Part shown: one piece after another, positions 11,618 through 25,654 of the stretch
How the letters are laid out: every line of letters begins with the position of its first letter
How positions within the stretch are numbered: position 1 is the stretch's first letter
Assembly (NCBI GenBank): GCA_001642005.1
Contig: LWCA01000023.1
Coordinates: 15,069 to 79,068 of the forward strand
DNA from: Intoshia linei
Taxonomy: Eukaryota; Animalia; Orthonectida
Direction: 5' to 3'
DNA length: 64,000 nucleotides
Translations under genes and position numbers: made by a program
Notes under the pieces: model-generated
The model's input: only the letters and a program-made list of their open reading frames with translations
What the model was told of the DNA's origin: nothing
Database searches by the model: none

Positions 11618-14600
11618 ATGGATTTACTCCTCAATTCAAATCAATTTCAATTGATTAATGAAGTTAAACCTAAAAAGATCAAATCTGGTGGATTCCAGAC
11701 TATGGGTAATCGTTTACTATTTATTTTGTTCTCGATAGAGTGTGTCACGGATTTTTGATCATTTTAGAGGCTTTAATCAATTTATATAGTTAATTTTTTT
11801 AATTAATGCCATGTTTATGTTGCTTGCAAATAACTACATTATTCAACCAGAGTAATTTAAACGCATAAAAGTAAATCTGATGAAAGGATTAATATTTAAA
11901 ATTTACGTACTTTATTACATTATTGTATTTTTATTTTAGGTATATCATACAACCTGTTACGTGCTGTTTTAAAAAGAGGATATAAAGTTCCTACTCCAAT
12001 TCAACGAAAGGTATTATTTTCTTCCAGTACCATTTTCATTACATTATATCTAAAATTTTGACAGCTCTAATATGGTACTTTTTGTGTCCGAATTTGTTTT
12101 TTTTATTTAAATGTTCATATACTCTTAGTTTTATTGGTATTTAATAGTTATGGCTGGTATTGAAAATTCTATGCATGTTCTATAATTATATATATTTTAG
12201 ACAATTCCTGTAGTATTGAGTGGGTCTGATGTAGTGGCTATGGCTAGAACAGGTAGTGGCAAGACAGCTGCTTTCTTGATTCCAATATTTGAAAAACTTA
12301 AATGTCACAGACCTCATTTAAGTCCAAGCTGTTTAATTTTGTCGCCTACACGTGAACTTGCAATGCAAACTTTCAAGTTTTCTAAAGAGGTAAATATGGT
12401 TAATTATACTAAGGTTTTCCCTCCAATGTCTCTGATTTTGTACCCTTAACATGTATATATTAGGGTTTTTCTTAATTTAACGATTTCAGTGTCTGTTATG
12501 TACTTTGTACAAACAGTAGTTAGGTCTGCCGAAGGCTTAACTATAATTTTAAAATATATTTTTACAGTATAACTTTCTGAGGTTTTTTTCCATGGTTAAA
12601 TAATGCCCATGTCCGTTACGTCCATATACCAGAAACGTTTTTCGTTAGACAATGTTGTATGCTGCAAATAAAGATTTTTTAAACACAGTCCAAGTAGAGT
12701 ATTCATGACTCATCATTGATTATCACACTAAAAATATGTAGTTTTGACGGCCATATAATTTTCCATAATGATTTATTTTGAATTTAATATTATTAATATT
12801 TAGTTATCAAAATTCAGCGGAATTACTTCTGCTTTGATGGTTGGAGGAGAAGCGTTCATTATTAATTTTTTTCAAATAATTTTTTTTAGATTTGAAGATC
12901 AATTTTCAAAAATTCATTCTAATCCGGACATGTACATTTTATTTATATAAATATTTAAATTAAATTTTTGGATCCTGGAGTGGAGTCCACATGGAGCATG
13001 TTGCAAATGACTGCAGTAAAATATACTTATATTTTCCATAATTTTTTTACCTAATTATTATTATTCGGAGAAACTTGGCCGTAAACCGTCATTTTAGAAA
13101 AACTGTTTAGAATTTAAACATTAGATCAGTGCTTCTCAAACTTTTTTGAGCATTCACCTCCTGTGACACATATTTTTGTTATATTCACATCCAATAAAAC
13201 AATTATTATGACATGTCATAATTGTGTAGAAATACACAATTAGCATTTATAAAATGTACTGAATTTGAGTACACATAACGTGATCACATCATCTTAAATT
13301 TTCATTTTTGGTTTTATGAATCTTAAATAATGCATGGTATTTGAATGTTAATTGAAATATATAACAAAAATATATGTGAAATTTAATCAAATACAAATAT
13401 ATATAAATATTTAATGTGAAGGGTGACATTGGTTTAATTCAGTGATTTTGTGGAAGTTAAAAGATAAGTTAGTAAGCTTTAAACGTAAATCGCCACGTTT
13501 TTCAATATTGAGACATGTTCTATGTTTTCCCAAAAGATAATTGACATGGCTAAATCGTTTTGGAATCAGATAGAGATGTTTCCGATATAAAATTTTAATA
13601 AAATTGGATTTTTCAAAAAAATATTGGTAAAAGGGGATTATTTCATTAATGGTTGGTAAAATTAGGTTTTTTGTTTTGGGATCAGATAGAGAATCTTTTA
13701 TCTAAAAGTTAACTAACATTGGATTTTTCAAAAAAATATTGGTAAAATGGGATTATTTCCTTGAGGGTCTGTAAAATTGGTTTTTTCTTTTGGGATCTGA
13801 TAGAGGGATTTTTTATCTAAAAGTTTGGTAAAATTTGATTTTTAAAAAAAGATATTGGTAAAAAGGGATTTTTACTTTAGGGGTTGTAAAATTTTGTTTT
13901 TTTTACATATTTGACTAAATTGAATAAAATATGTTAAAAATTTATCATTCATTTCCTATTCCCCCCAATCATCTAAAATTTTAGTATTCCCCCCCCCCCC
14001 CCATAAAAATATATACCCCTTGGGGTGACTAGTCACCCCCATGAGAAGCACTGCATTAGATGGATATATTTTTAATTTGTATCGTCTCAACTTTTGCAAA
14101 CCCTAATAATTACACTATAACCATTAGGCCCATAATAATAAATTTTCTGAAATTTGTAAGATGAATATTTTTATTTTATTCGGAATATTTTAAAAATATT
14201 GATTGATAATATATAATACGATTTTGAAATTGAACTTTATCATGATGTTGATGATTTTAAAATTTTCATCAGATGGTGTATTTTATATATTTCTCGGACT
14301 CGTTTGAATTTTAAAAAAATGATAATTGGATTTTGATGTTATTATGAATGTAGTTATTTTAGTTTCATTAGTATTTTAGGGGGATATGTTTGTATCACTA
14401 GGATATTATGTATTGTGACGTTTTAAATGTATACCAAGGCCTAAGGTCGAATATCCACTGTAGCTTATAATTATTTCAAATCTTACACACTACTTTATCA
14501 CCTTTAACTTCATATTTTAACCAAATGATGCATATTAATTATTTTTTAATGTGTTTAATAATTGTTTTAATTTTATTGGGAAATCATAAAATTTCTGAAA

Positions 14601-17600
14601 AGCACAATCGCTACTTTTGACCAGGGATTGGAAATAATTAATTGTTTGCTAAATATTAATTATTTAATTAACTGATTTTTTTGCAATTAATTGAAAAATG
14701 AGAAGATAATTTTCAATTAATTGGTTTTTTATATAACTGAAAAAATTAATTAAATTTTAATATGTAGTTCAAAAATTAAATATAGTCATTATACACTTCA
14801 TAGTCAACACTCGTTGTAGCGTATCACAGTCTTACCATGCTTTATTTATTTCCAAATTCGAAGAAAGAAATATAATAAATAATATGAAAATATTTTCTAA
14901 ATTCTATTTTGCAAATAAGATAGTTGGACACTGTATAATAAAATATTAACAACTTTTCATTATTCTATGCAATTTTAGAACAATAGAACAAACAATTAAT
15001 TGATTATTTTTACCAATTAATTCCAATCCCTGCTTGTGACACTTTAATAACCACATTTTAGCTCTATTTGATTTCTTTTGTGACCACAAACGAATGGTTA
15101 ATTTGATGATTTTCTAATGTTTATTTTATTAGAATTATAGCCACACCTGGTCGATTTTTGCATATTTTAGAAGAAACAAAGTTAAAATTGGATAATTTAT
15201 CAATGATGGTTTTTGACGAAGCGGACAGGTAAATTACCATTTAAAATTTTTGACTGGTTTAATTAACATTTAATTTTATGTAGACTATTTGAAATGGGAT
15301 TTGCAGAACAAATGAACGCAATAATGTCAAAATTGCCTCCAAATAGACAAACAATGTTATTTTCGGCGACTCTACCGAAACAACTAATTGAATTTACTAA
15401 AGCTGGTCTAATGAAACCAGTATTGATTAGATTAGATGTCGATAATAAAATTAGTCCAAATTTAAATGTACACATTATATTTTAACATTTAAACCAGTGG
15501 TAGTCTATCTTTTTTCTGGTTCCCTTAATATTCTCAGAATTTTTGATGTACCCTAAATATACACCATATAACTAAGCATACATTTTATTGAAATTGATTC
15601 TTATGAACCAATTTAAGGACTGATTTAAATTGTTTTGCAATTAATTTATAATCGGATCAATTTTAAGAAATTACGTAAAAAAATGTTAATTTAACAATTT
15701 TTGTACTTGTTTCAGAAATGTTTCTTATTAGTAAACAGATTAAAGTATTTTTAAAACTGAAAAAATTGAGAACTTTTTAGTAATTTATACGTAATATCCG
15801 GTTTTATTTAGATTGCTTTTGTGAGTTTGAGGCAACATGAAAAAATGCCGTTAGTAGTCAAATTTGTCACTGATTATATTAAAGATAATAAACAAACTCT
15901 GGTTTTTGTTCCAACGAAACATCACGTCGATTTATATTATAATGTAAATATATTTTTTTTATATTTTTTTAAAATTTTTATATTTTAGCTCTTAATTTCG
16001 TACAAAATTGATGCAGCCTATTGTTACAGTTCTATGGACTCTGAAGAGAGACAAATTAACGTGTCAAAATTTAGAGATCGAAAAGTTTTGGTGATGGTTG
16101 TTACTGACATTGCTGCCCGTGGGATAGATTTGCCACTTTTGGATAATGTAATTAATGTCAATTTTCCAGCTAAACCAAAACTGTTTGTACATAGAGTTGG
16201 TATGCTTAATTTTATATTTCAGTGAAACTTGTAAAAGAGTTTTTTATTTTTTCATGTTATTGTAATTTTTAGTGCATTTCTGTATTAGTATTTTAGGTCG
16301 TGTAGCTAGGGCAGGAAAGTCTGGTAATGCAATCTCTTTAATTTATAATGAAGAATTGCCATATTTGCTTGATTTGTTGTTATTTTTAAATAAAGAAATT
16401 AAATTTGCTAATAATGATTCAGAATGTCATGAATCTGGTAAATTTTGTATAGTCAAATGTATAAATTGTATTTAGAATTGATTGGTTGTATCAACTCTAC
16501 CAGTATTCAACACTATGGTGGTCGAATCGATCAATTTCTTAATAATGAAACTAATGTAATTTTTTCATCATAAATAATATATTTTTGTAATATTAATTGG
16601 TTGATGTATTTCTGTTGGCAGTGGACCTTATTGTGGTTACGTTGTACGATAAAATTATTTTTATCTCATAATATTTAGAAAGGTATGGTAAAATCTGCTG
16701 AAAATGCGTATGAAAGATATCGAAAAACTAAACCGGGAGCTTCAATTGAATCAATAAGACGTGCAAAAAAATTGTGGAATTGTTGTGAATTTGTTCATCC
16801 TGTTTTCAGTAATATTATTTTTAAATAGACGTTCTTAATGCTGCGCACTTTAAATGTTATCACTTTTTGGGTTTTTTTTTATAAATTTCTCAATTTAATT
16901 TTTGTTTCGAAAGGCTGAACTTTGAACTTTGAACGAGAATGAATTTAACAATGTTTGTAAATACTTTTTCAATTTAGACTCGTCATTAAATGACAAGGAC
17001 CATATTTTGTTTACTCAACGCTTAAAGAATTACAAATCGAAAACGGTATATAAATAGAATCGCTGTAATGACATCAAAGTGAATATGTTCGTAATAATGC
17101 GTTATTATAGTTTTTTTTACAATTTTCTGAGTTTAAAGCGATTCGTTGTATTAGAATTCTGCAACTTTATCCGAATACGCATATTAAAATTTAATTAAAT
17201 GTAACAATTATTGAATAACACATTTAACTAAATTTGATCACATTATCAAGTTCGGAGCTTCGGACCGTGTAGAATTCTAGTACACTCCGTCCAATAATTA
17301 TAACAACACTATCATTTTGTTAATAGAAATTATTTGTAGATTAAAATTTATGAAAATTGGCATGTTGGACATGCACAATGTAAGGTTGTCATATTAAAAA
17401 AAATAATTGAAAAAAAAAACAAAATTAACTAAAGTTTTTTAATAAAAACGTTAAAAGTACAAAAACACGAGTGTCCATAAGTTATAACAACACTTTTTAA
17501 TTGTACTAATTAATAATAATTTTATAACAATTTAATTAGAACATGGGTAGAGGTTGCAAATTAAGTGATGATGAAAAAAATTCATTTTAGGAGCAGCATA

Positions 17601-20095
17601 TGATGACAATAACATCAGGAGATCGTATAAAAATATTGCTGATCGTTTGACTTAGCATTTTACATCAAGAAGATTGTTTGATGTAGTTCGATTATTTTTA
17701 AATGAGCCACAAGGTTATGATGAAGGCAGAAAAAGAGCTGGTGCGAAAACTAAAATGTCAGATAGGACAAAAAGAGTCATTATAAGGAAGGTAAATTCGA
17801 ATCCTAATAAAGGAGTAAGAGGTGTTGCGGCGATTATGTGCTCTAAAGGAATAAATATATTAAAATCTTCCGTTTACAATGTTATAAAGTCAAACCAAAA
17901 TATCATTATTGTTAAAATTAAATCAAAGCCAAAATTACTAGCAAGACACAAGGACTCCAGAGTAAAGTGGGGGGAAAATTATCTGAAGAGTAATATAAAT
18001 TCTAAAAATATTATTTGGACTAATGAAAAAAAGTTAAATCTAGATGGTCCTGATTACTACAATTATTACTGGCATGACTTACTCCATGAATTGCAGTAAA
18101 AGGTCAGTAGAAGATTTGGTGGAGGTGGTGTTATGATATGGAGAGCTTTTTCAAGTGGTGGTATAAAATGTGTTGTCAAAGTAGATGGTAATATAAACTC
18201 TATCAAGTATCAAACAGTTATAGAGCATAATCACATACCTCTCCTTCCTCACAACAAAAATTTAAGAAAAAATTTCATTTATTAACAAGATAATGCGAGT
18301 TTTCACAAATCTAGGTCGAAAAATTATTTTTAAATGATCATTTTTTTAACATTATGGACTGGCTTGCTGTGTCTCCAGATCTCAACTCTATAGAAAATAT
18401 TTGGGGTATAATGGTTCGATGTCTCTATGGTGGAAATAAACAATATAGCAATATTATTAATATAACAAAAGCCGTAATGGATTGATGGGAGAACATTTTG
18501 GATGAAACGTTTTTAAAACTATCAGATTCTGTAAAAAATCGTGCAATCGAAGTATTAAAGGTTGGAGTAAAGTCAATTAATTATTGAAAGAAATATTCAT
18601 GTAGCATATATGGTCATTATCATTAATAAACAGTTGTGTAATAATTTATGGACACTCGTGTTTTAGTATTTTTTAACGTTTTTATTAAAAAACTTTAGTT
18701 AATTTTGTTTTTTCAATTATTTTTTTTAATATGACAACCTTACATTGGCATGTCCAGCATGCCAATTTTTATAAATTTTGATCTACAAATATAATTGTTA
18801 TTAACATTGTTTCATAATAAATGTTTTTTTATTATCCACACTTTAGACAATTTTCGAAATTAACAAACACAGAAAAGATTTAATATCTATTATGAAATCA
18901 AAAAGAGAATTACATGATTCATTGGTTCAAAAAAAGAGATTAAAGCAAGACGACCAAGTTCAATTGAACCAAACATTAACCATTAAAGCCAAAAAACCTC
19001 GCATCGACACAGAAATCACCAAACCTCAAACCGATTTTTTTATTCCATATAGACCAAAAGATTACAATTCTGAAAAGGGGTATATTTTTTTGATTTTTAT
19101 TGTTAAAATTATAAATATAATTAAAAAAATTTAGTTTACAATCAAACAACTTTAATAGACAATTGCATCAAAACACTATTGATTTTATTCATGATAGCAA
19201 TGAAAATACTAATAAAAATAAAAAAATTTGGTTATTTATTCATACATTTATTATTAGTATTATCACCGATGGTACGATTAGCTCTCTAATGGGGTTAGTT
19301 CACACCGATCAGAGGTCTCGTAAGTTAGGTTCTGTACTGAGTTCAGTGTTCCCAAATTTTTTTATAGTGAATCGAAAATTTCACATTAAATTTTTCGTAG
19401 ACTACTTAAAATTAGTGAATATTCATTGTTTAAGAACCCTTTGTGACGGCGGGCGTGTAATTAAGTAACCGTAAATTAATTAATAAAGTTTATACTTAGT
19501 TAATCTATACGATATAAGGCATTATACGAGTCACTGATGCAATTTACCTTGTCATAACCTTTAGATAACGGGTTGTGAGCCGTGAGTTAACCTGACTATA
19601 TTCAATTCTCTGTTTTTTGCAAACCTTACATTTTAATCTTGCGTTTGAATTACTTTACCAGAAATGTTGATTGGTCGCAAATCCTGTACATTATTAAAAT
19701 GGCCCGCGTACTAAAAGGTTAAGAAACATACATAATTATACTTTATTAAATCGTCATCCTTAAAAAAATATTAAATATTTTTCTGTTTACGTAATTTATA
19801 TATTTATATTGAAGGGATCGACGTAAAAAAAAATTTGTGGGTGTAAATTCAAAAAATGATAATGTTTTGAATTCGGAAGGTGTTAAAATCAAAGCAAGTT
19901 TCATGTCAAACCGATACAAATCTTGGCTTAAGCAAAATAAAATGAGTAATTTTTAAAATATTAAATTTACATGAAATTTTAGATAAAAATTCCATCAAAA
20001 GCGAAATTAAAACACCTGAAGCTATTCTTAAAAAAAGAGAAAAGAAACAGAATGTGAAAAAACAACAAAATAAGAAAAGAAAATTAAAAAAATAA
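11618..20095 (+). CDS. DDX54: DEAD-box RNA helicase DDX54/Dbp10
   Basis: [84 protein letters not shown]-terminal [10 protein letters not shown]; many short GT-AG introns. Confidence 0.95.
13127..14053. mobile_element. Non-autonomous hAT element with internal ~120-bp tandem subrepeats
   Basis: TIRs cagtgcttctca / tgagaagcactg; perfect 8-bp TSD cattagat; partial inverted copy at ~22955-23380. Confidence 0.9.
14622..15032. mobile_element. hAT-type MITE
   Basis: TIRs cagggattggaa..taatt / aattaattccaatccctg; TSD cttttgac / cttgtgac; the same end recurs at ~48780-48897. Confidence 0.8.
17283..18806 (+). mobile_element. Tc3-like DD34E transposon with ~200-bp IR-DR terminal inverted repeats; transposase pseudogene ~17543-18587
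   Basis: [53 protein letters not shown]; long inverted repeats ~17283-17495 vs ~18630-18806 with internal direct repeat gtcca(a)taa.ttataacaacact; TA upstream. Confidence 0.9.
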
Positions 20096-20126
20096 CTGTA
20101 TTAATAAATAAACAATTTATATACTT

Positions 20127-22568
20127 TTACTTTGTGTAAATTGGGTCAAACTGATAAACTTCATCATGGTGTAAATATATCAAACTATCTTCATGGTGTC
20201 CAAAAACGTTAAATATGTCTGAGGGGTCTAGATCATCAGATTCTGTCTCTTTTTTACAACAATCTAAAATTAAATATAAATCATGTATATACACTGCTAC
20301 CTGATGTGTTTGATGATTTGTGAGAATTGTGATTTAATGGTGATATTGATTGTAAACTATTTTTTTTATCAATATCTAAATTGTTGAATTTAATTAAGTA
20401 CAGTGCATGTATTTTATAAACCAGTTGCTTAAAGTGTTCACTATAACGGAACCGTGTAAGTGAAACAATAGTTTAGCGGACAGGTAAAGTGTGTCAATGT
20501 GTCAAGGTTCTCAATTTTTAACATTTTGTATTATTTGGGACCCACACTGATCCGCGGATCGGCAGATGAAATGAATTTATTCAATAAACAATTCTCCTAC
20601 ATTCGTTATACTATTGTCTATATTTAAATCTAATTTGAATCGTTTTAATATTATTTACATGTTAATACAATATAATAATTATTACAATAAAATGTAATAT
20701 ACGTTAATTTATGCCATCTCAAATTTAAAAATTAACACATACGGTTATAAAATATTTAATGAATTACCCAAGGGATTATAAGATTTCGTATGTGTAACGG
20801 TATCCATGTCATCAATTTGTAAAAGAATTTGTTCTGACCCTAAATATATAAAATTAAAATTAATTTATCATTCAATACCCCGTGCATCACAAGATCGCTT
20901 CGAATAACTAGCAGGCATATAATTCTGAGCACCATTAGTTATCTAAGTAATATTACAAAACTAAAAATATAATAAATACATCATATTTTTCTCTCAAAGC
21001 GGCAACTTTTTCAAAAGAAACCAATTGTTCCATTTCGAGTATATACTTTCTACGTGTAGTGACTAAATTAGCCAGTGGAATATATTTTTCAAGTTCTAGA
21101 ATATAAACATCCATTACATCATTAACTTTGTTCAATTCAAAATGATTCTAGATTTATACTATAAAAAGTAAATAACAACCTACGGAATGTCTGTCAAAAT
21201 AATCAATAACTTTTAAAGCTTCACAGATTTCGAGGTTTTTTTGTGTTATTTTTGGAGTTTCTATTTTAGTAGGCTCTAAGCATTGTATTTCTTCCTTTAC
21301 ATCTTTTTCACCATCATATTTTAAATTATTAAACACTTGGTCAATTGATTTGGCAATTTTTTTTGTTTGTTTTGTTCGCAAAACAAAACATCTATGTTGG
21401 CCAAATTTATCTGAAGCGATAAATGAAAATATCTTCTTTACTTCCAAATATTGACAGGCAAATGACACATCTTCAATGTCTATCAATTCTTCTATTTTCT
21501 AAATTAATTTAAATTATCAAATCATTAATATAATACACGTTTATTCAACGTATCGTAAATTATATGAATTTTAATTAATATATAAATATAACCAATCGTC
21601 TTAAATTCAAATTAAAGACATCAAATCCTACTCCTATACAGGGGTATATAATGTATATAACCTAATTTTTTTGAAATTGGACGTCATTAAAGAGAAGGCG
21701 TCACTATATAATCTTATTTTTATTTCAGTGTAATCAAATAAAAGATCATTCTAAAAATTAAAAAGTCGGACCTCCACAATTAAAATCTGTTTGTACGAAG
21801 TACGCAACAGCCGAGCCAATATTACAATAATTATTAATTGTTATTGAGAATAACTTAAACCTTTGTTTTATAATCCAATATTTCAATTTTTTTTTCATAA
21901 ATAATCAAATCTTTCTTAGAAGCAGACATGTTTGATGTTTTGTTGATCTCGAAACTGAACTAAATTACAAATAATTATATTTATACATTTTATTTAATTT
22001 TTGGTAAAATTACAATTTGGAATTGTATACACTACAAGTTTTCCCAGAGCGTGTTTTTATCTATTTTTCAGTTTCAGAATTTGAGCCCATTGAAAAACCA
22101 AACTTTCCCTTTTGTATAAAACAAACCAGCCCAACAATTTAATAAAACATACATTCTGGAACGCGTTTTGAAATCATTAACATTGTCGTTAATCTCAGCC
22201 TCAAAAACCCATACCTTCATGGTCAAAACTCTAAATTACCTTTGTTTTAAAAATAAAACTTCCTAAAATTTTATAAAACATACATTCAGGGATAGTTTTT
22301 AAAATCATAAGCATTAACATAAATGGAAACATCAAAAAAGATAATTTTTACTATCAAAACACCCCAGATAAACCTTTTTTTAATGAAAACAACCCTATAA
22401 TTTTTATAAACTATTTAAAAAAATTCAAAACCCCTGCAGGGGGTTTAAATTCTAACTTGTGTCAAAGTTACCATATAATATTAATGTAAACGTACCAATG
22501 CTTTTAGGTATGCATCTTCTATAACTTGTTTGCCCCTATAATCGTCGACATTGACAATTCCAATTAAC
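20127..22568 (-). CDS. PTB/PID-domain adaptor protein (Dab/CED-6-like); 5' end not found
   Basis: LIGIVNVDDYRGKQVIEDAYLKAL / ..IEILDYKTK / IDIEDVSFAC..KIFSFIASDKFGQHRCFVLRTKQTKKIAKSIDQVF; last exon ends YQFDPIYTK*. Confidence 0.7.
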
Positions 22569-22696
22569 TAAATAATTATAATATAAAACTTGTCATAAGT
22601 ATAAATTAAATAACAATTAAAGTAAAAAACCCTTTATAAAATGGTGGAATGGATCAATTTCATGAAATTAAATTTACATGTACATTACATGCATAT

Positions 22697-22860
22697 TAGG
22701 GGTGTAAGTCAAAATTTTATATCAAAAGTACACCCACTCATCTTATGAACAATTTTTGTGTCTTCAATTTGCACCTAATCTTGCTTTACAATTCTTTAAA
22801 AAAACGTTGGGGCTATGCCTTTAAAATTTTGAACATAATATCGTTCATCGTAACTAATAT
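22697..22860 (+). mobile_element. Left end of a TAGGG-terminus DNA transposon (same as 41628), cut at an assembly n
   Basis: Near-identical to 41628-41790 (taggggtgtaagtcaaaatt..caaaagtacacccactcatc). Confidence 0.8.
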
Positions 22861-23881
22861 NTGAATTAAAATTAATCCTTAATTCACTTATATAAATTAA
22901 CACCATATTTGTCATTTATCTGAATCGGAATAAATAGCAATAGTAGGATTAATGCAGTGCTTCTCATGGGGGTGACTGGTCACTCAAAGAGGTGAATACG
23001 AAAATTTAGATGATTGTAGGCGAATCTACAATTTTCAACATATTTCATTAAATCATCCAATTTAATATAATCTTATGAGAAAAAACCAAAATTTTACTAA
23101 CCCTTTAAGGAAGAAATCTCTTTTTACCAATATTTTTTTAAAAATCCATTTTTACCAAAGTTTTAGAATAAAAACTACCCTATATTATTCCAAAATAAAA
23201 AACCAAATTTTACCAACCCTTAAGGAAAAAAATCGCTTTTACCAATATTTTTATAAAAAATCCCATTTTACCAAATTTTTAGATCAATAATTTTTCTGAC
23301 TGGTTCTATAAAAAAAAACCTGATTTTAAAAAAATTTGAAAAATCTCCTTTTACTACTATTTTTTTGAAAAAACATTAATTATTAATTTTTCGGTAAATA
23401 ATTAATAATAATTGGACAACAGAAAAAAGTTTTATTAAAAACCGATTTGTTGATACATTAGAGTGGAAGACACAAAAAAAATATGTAAATATTAATAATG
23501 ACATAAAAAAAGATATCAGTGACTGCCTTGATTTTGTGTGCCCTTCGCTAACATTTGAGAAACTGGGGCAAAGTCAAGAATATAACTTTTTGATTAAAAT
23601 ATTTTAAATAGACCTTGAATAAAATCTCATTTTAATTTTTCAATTTAAAGTAAAATAATATATTAAGTTATGATCAGATGTATTGCCCAGGGCCGCACGT
23701 TGTGCACCCCTACTCTAAGAGGTATCGCTCTAACAATACATATAACAAATGAATGTTTGCCGTTAAATGGAATTTTTTAAAAGATGAGCTAAAAATAAAA
23801 AATTATAACGTTGATCTATTGTTGTATGAATCAGTATTTTATTAATTAAGGATTAATATATTAATTGGTTAACATATTTAG

Positions 23882-25270
23882 GTAAATAACAAAAACATGA
23901 TTAATTCTTATTCTCGGTGTGTTCCAACAAACACATCATTGAATAATTACAATAATTGTAATTCTTGTAATATGAAAACAGAAGAAAAATTGTCACTTAT
24001 ACGAAGTGGATTAAATAATAATTTACAATATCAAAAGTATAATAAGGTAGATTTTGGAACTCAGACGGTAGGTATTATTTATCCATTCAAAAATCCAAAC
24101 CAAAAGGAAAAATCTTGTAATGTTATTAACAATAATTCAGCCTCAAAATCAACTTATACATATTTGAATCAAATTAGCCCTGGTAAAGGTAAATTTATAG
24201 TTTTAAAATTTTGTTAACTAATTCGTAAATTCTTGTTACGGATCGGATGTGACTCTTGGTACAATGTAGACTAACATGATCATATGATCAGATTGAATTT
24301 AAAATAAATGAATTTTTCAACATATTTTTAATTTTTAGGTTATTGGAGAGTTCAACTGGACCACATGTATGCTCACATAAAATCTTACGCAACTAAAAAC
24401 GCAAATTTTCGTGATTTAATTTCTGAAGTGAATTTAGGAAAGGTACACTAAAAATAAAAATATGAATAATATAACATTGAATAAATATTCTAGATTATAT
24501 CTACAACAGTAACAGAAGATTCAACAGAGTTTACAATGTCGGCTACATTCCAATATCACGGAACTACTCTAGTTCGAACCATGAAAAAAGAAAAAGTTCT
24601 TCATAAGTTCAGTAGTAATAAAAGTTTATCTTACATAATTAAAAATGTAAAATAGATCTTCTTCAAGACCGTATGCCTGAGAAAAAGAAATTAAGCATAG
24701 AAGATAAAAAATGTCATTATGAGAAACAATTTCTCAAATCCGTTGGAAATCGTAATTCAAAATTAGATGAAATTCAGTATTTTATAGATAATGTAAGTTT
24801 CTAAAACATTTAGGCATAAAATAATTTGAAAATAGGGTATTAACGTGGATGCAAAAAATAAACACGGTATGAGTGCATTACACATTGCTGTCACAACAAA
24901 TTACCACAAATTAGTTAAATTGTTATTGGAAAACGGAGCAAACATTAATATATTGTCTAAACCGTAAATGTTGAGAAAATTATATAAAAATTATTTTAGT
25001 AAAAATAATACTCCCTTACATGATTCAATTTTGAATGGGAATGACGGTATCAAAATTATTGAAATTTTACTCGGGTAAAAACGATTCTCACAATTTACAT
25101 ATAGACTTAAAATTTTTAGATTCGGTGCTGACGCGAGACGGACAAATAATAAAAAACAAACACCATATGATATAGCAGTTAATCTTGGACTAAAAAAAAT
25201 TGCTAGTTTATTATATAAACATGTCACCAACAAACAAATCGAAAGCTGCATTATTGACAAAAAATTGTGA
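23882..25270 (+). CDS. DZANK1: DZANK1-like protein (C-terminal half plus ankyrin repeats); N-terminal zinc ribbons not seen
   Basis: [56 protein letters not shown] match the DZANK1 conserved block; followed by ANK repeats (GMSALHIAV, NNTPLHDS, QTPYDIA). Confidence 0.8.
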
Positions 25271-25359
25271 AAATAAATTTTATTGTTTTTAGATTTGATT
25301 TATTTTACAATTTCGGGTTATTTAGATTTAACATAAATTAAATTATATGAAGAAAAAAA

Positions 25360-25433
25360 AGACCCTGGAGGGAATCGAACCCCCGATCTCCTGATCCGAA
25401 GTCAGGCGCCTTAATCCGCTAGGCCACAGGGCC
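25360..25433 (-). tRNA. tRNA-Arg(TCG)
   Basis: ggccctgtggcctagcggattaaggcgcctgacTTCGgatcaggagatcgggggttcgattccctccagggtc: cloverleaf, anticodon loop cttcgga, GTTCGA T-loop, followed by a T8 terminator. Confidence 0.95.
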
Positions 25434-25654
25434 ATGTTTTATCTTTATATTCTGAATACTAAACGCAAACTTTATATAATTTCAAAATTATTTCTGTATT
25501 TAAACTGTTAATTATTTGTTGATTAACATTTATATTTTTCAATTTATTCATTTTTTAATGCTTTTTTTCATTAAAGTTTACCTTCAAATTATTTTTATAC
25601 AATACATTTTATTGAAATTGTCAGGGTTGTTAATTTAAAGTGTACGTTATTGAC

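Noticed and set aside
19262-19340. GC-rich intronic stretch ending in CTGA as a C/D snoRNA
   Set aside because: No convincing C box and only ~8-nt rRNA complementarity
23075-23290. Short AT-rich ORFs (also 10530, 27371, 31891, 44157, 49371, 52607, 60002)
   Set aside because: Low-complexity chance ORFs in MITE, Helitron-like or intronic sequence
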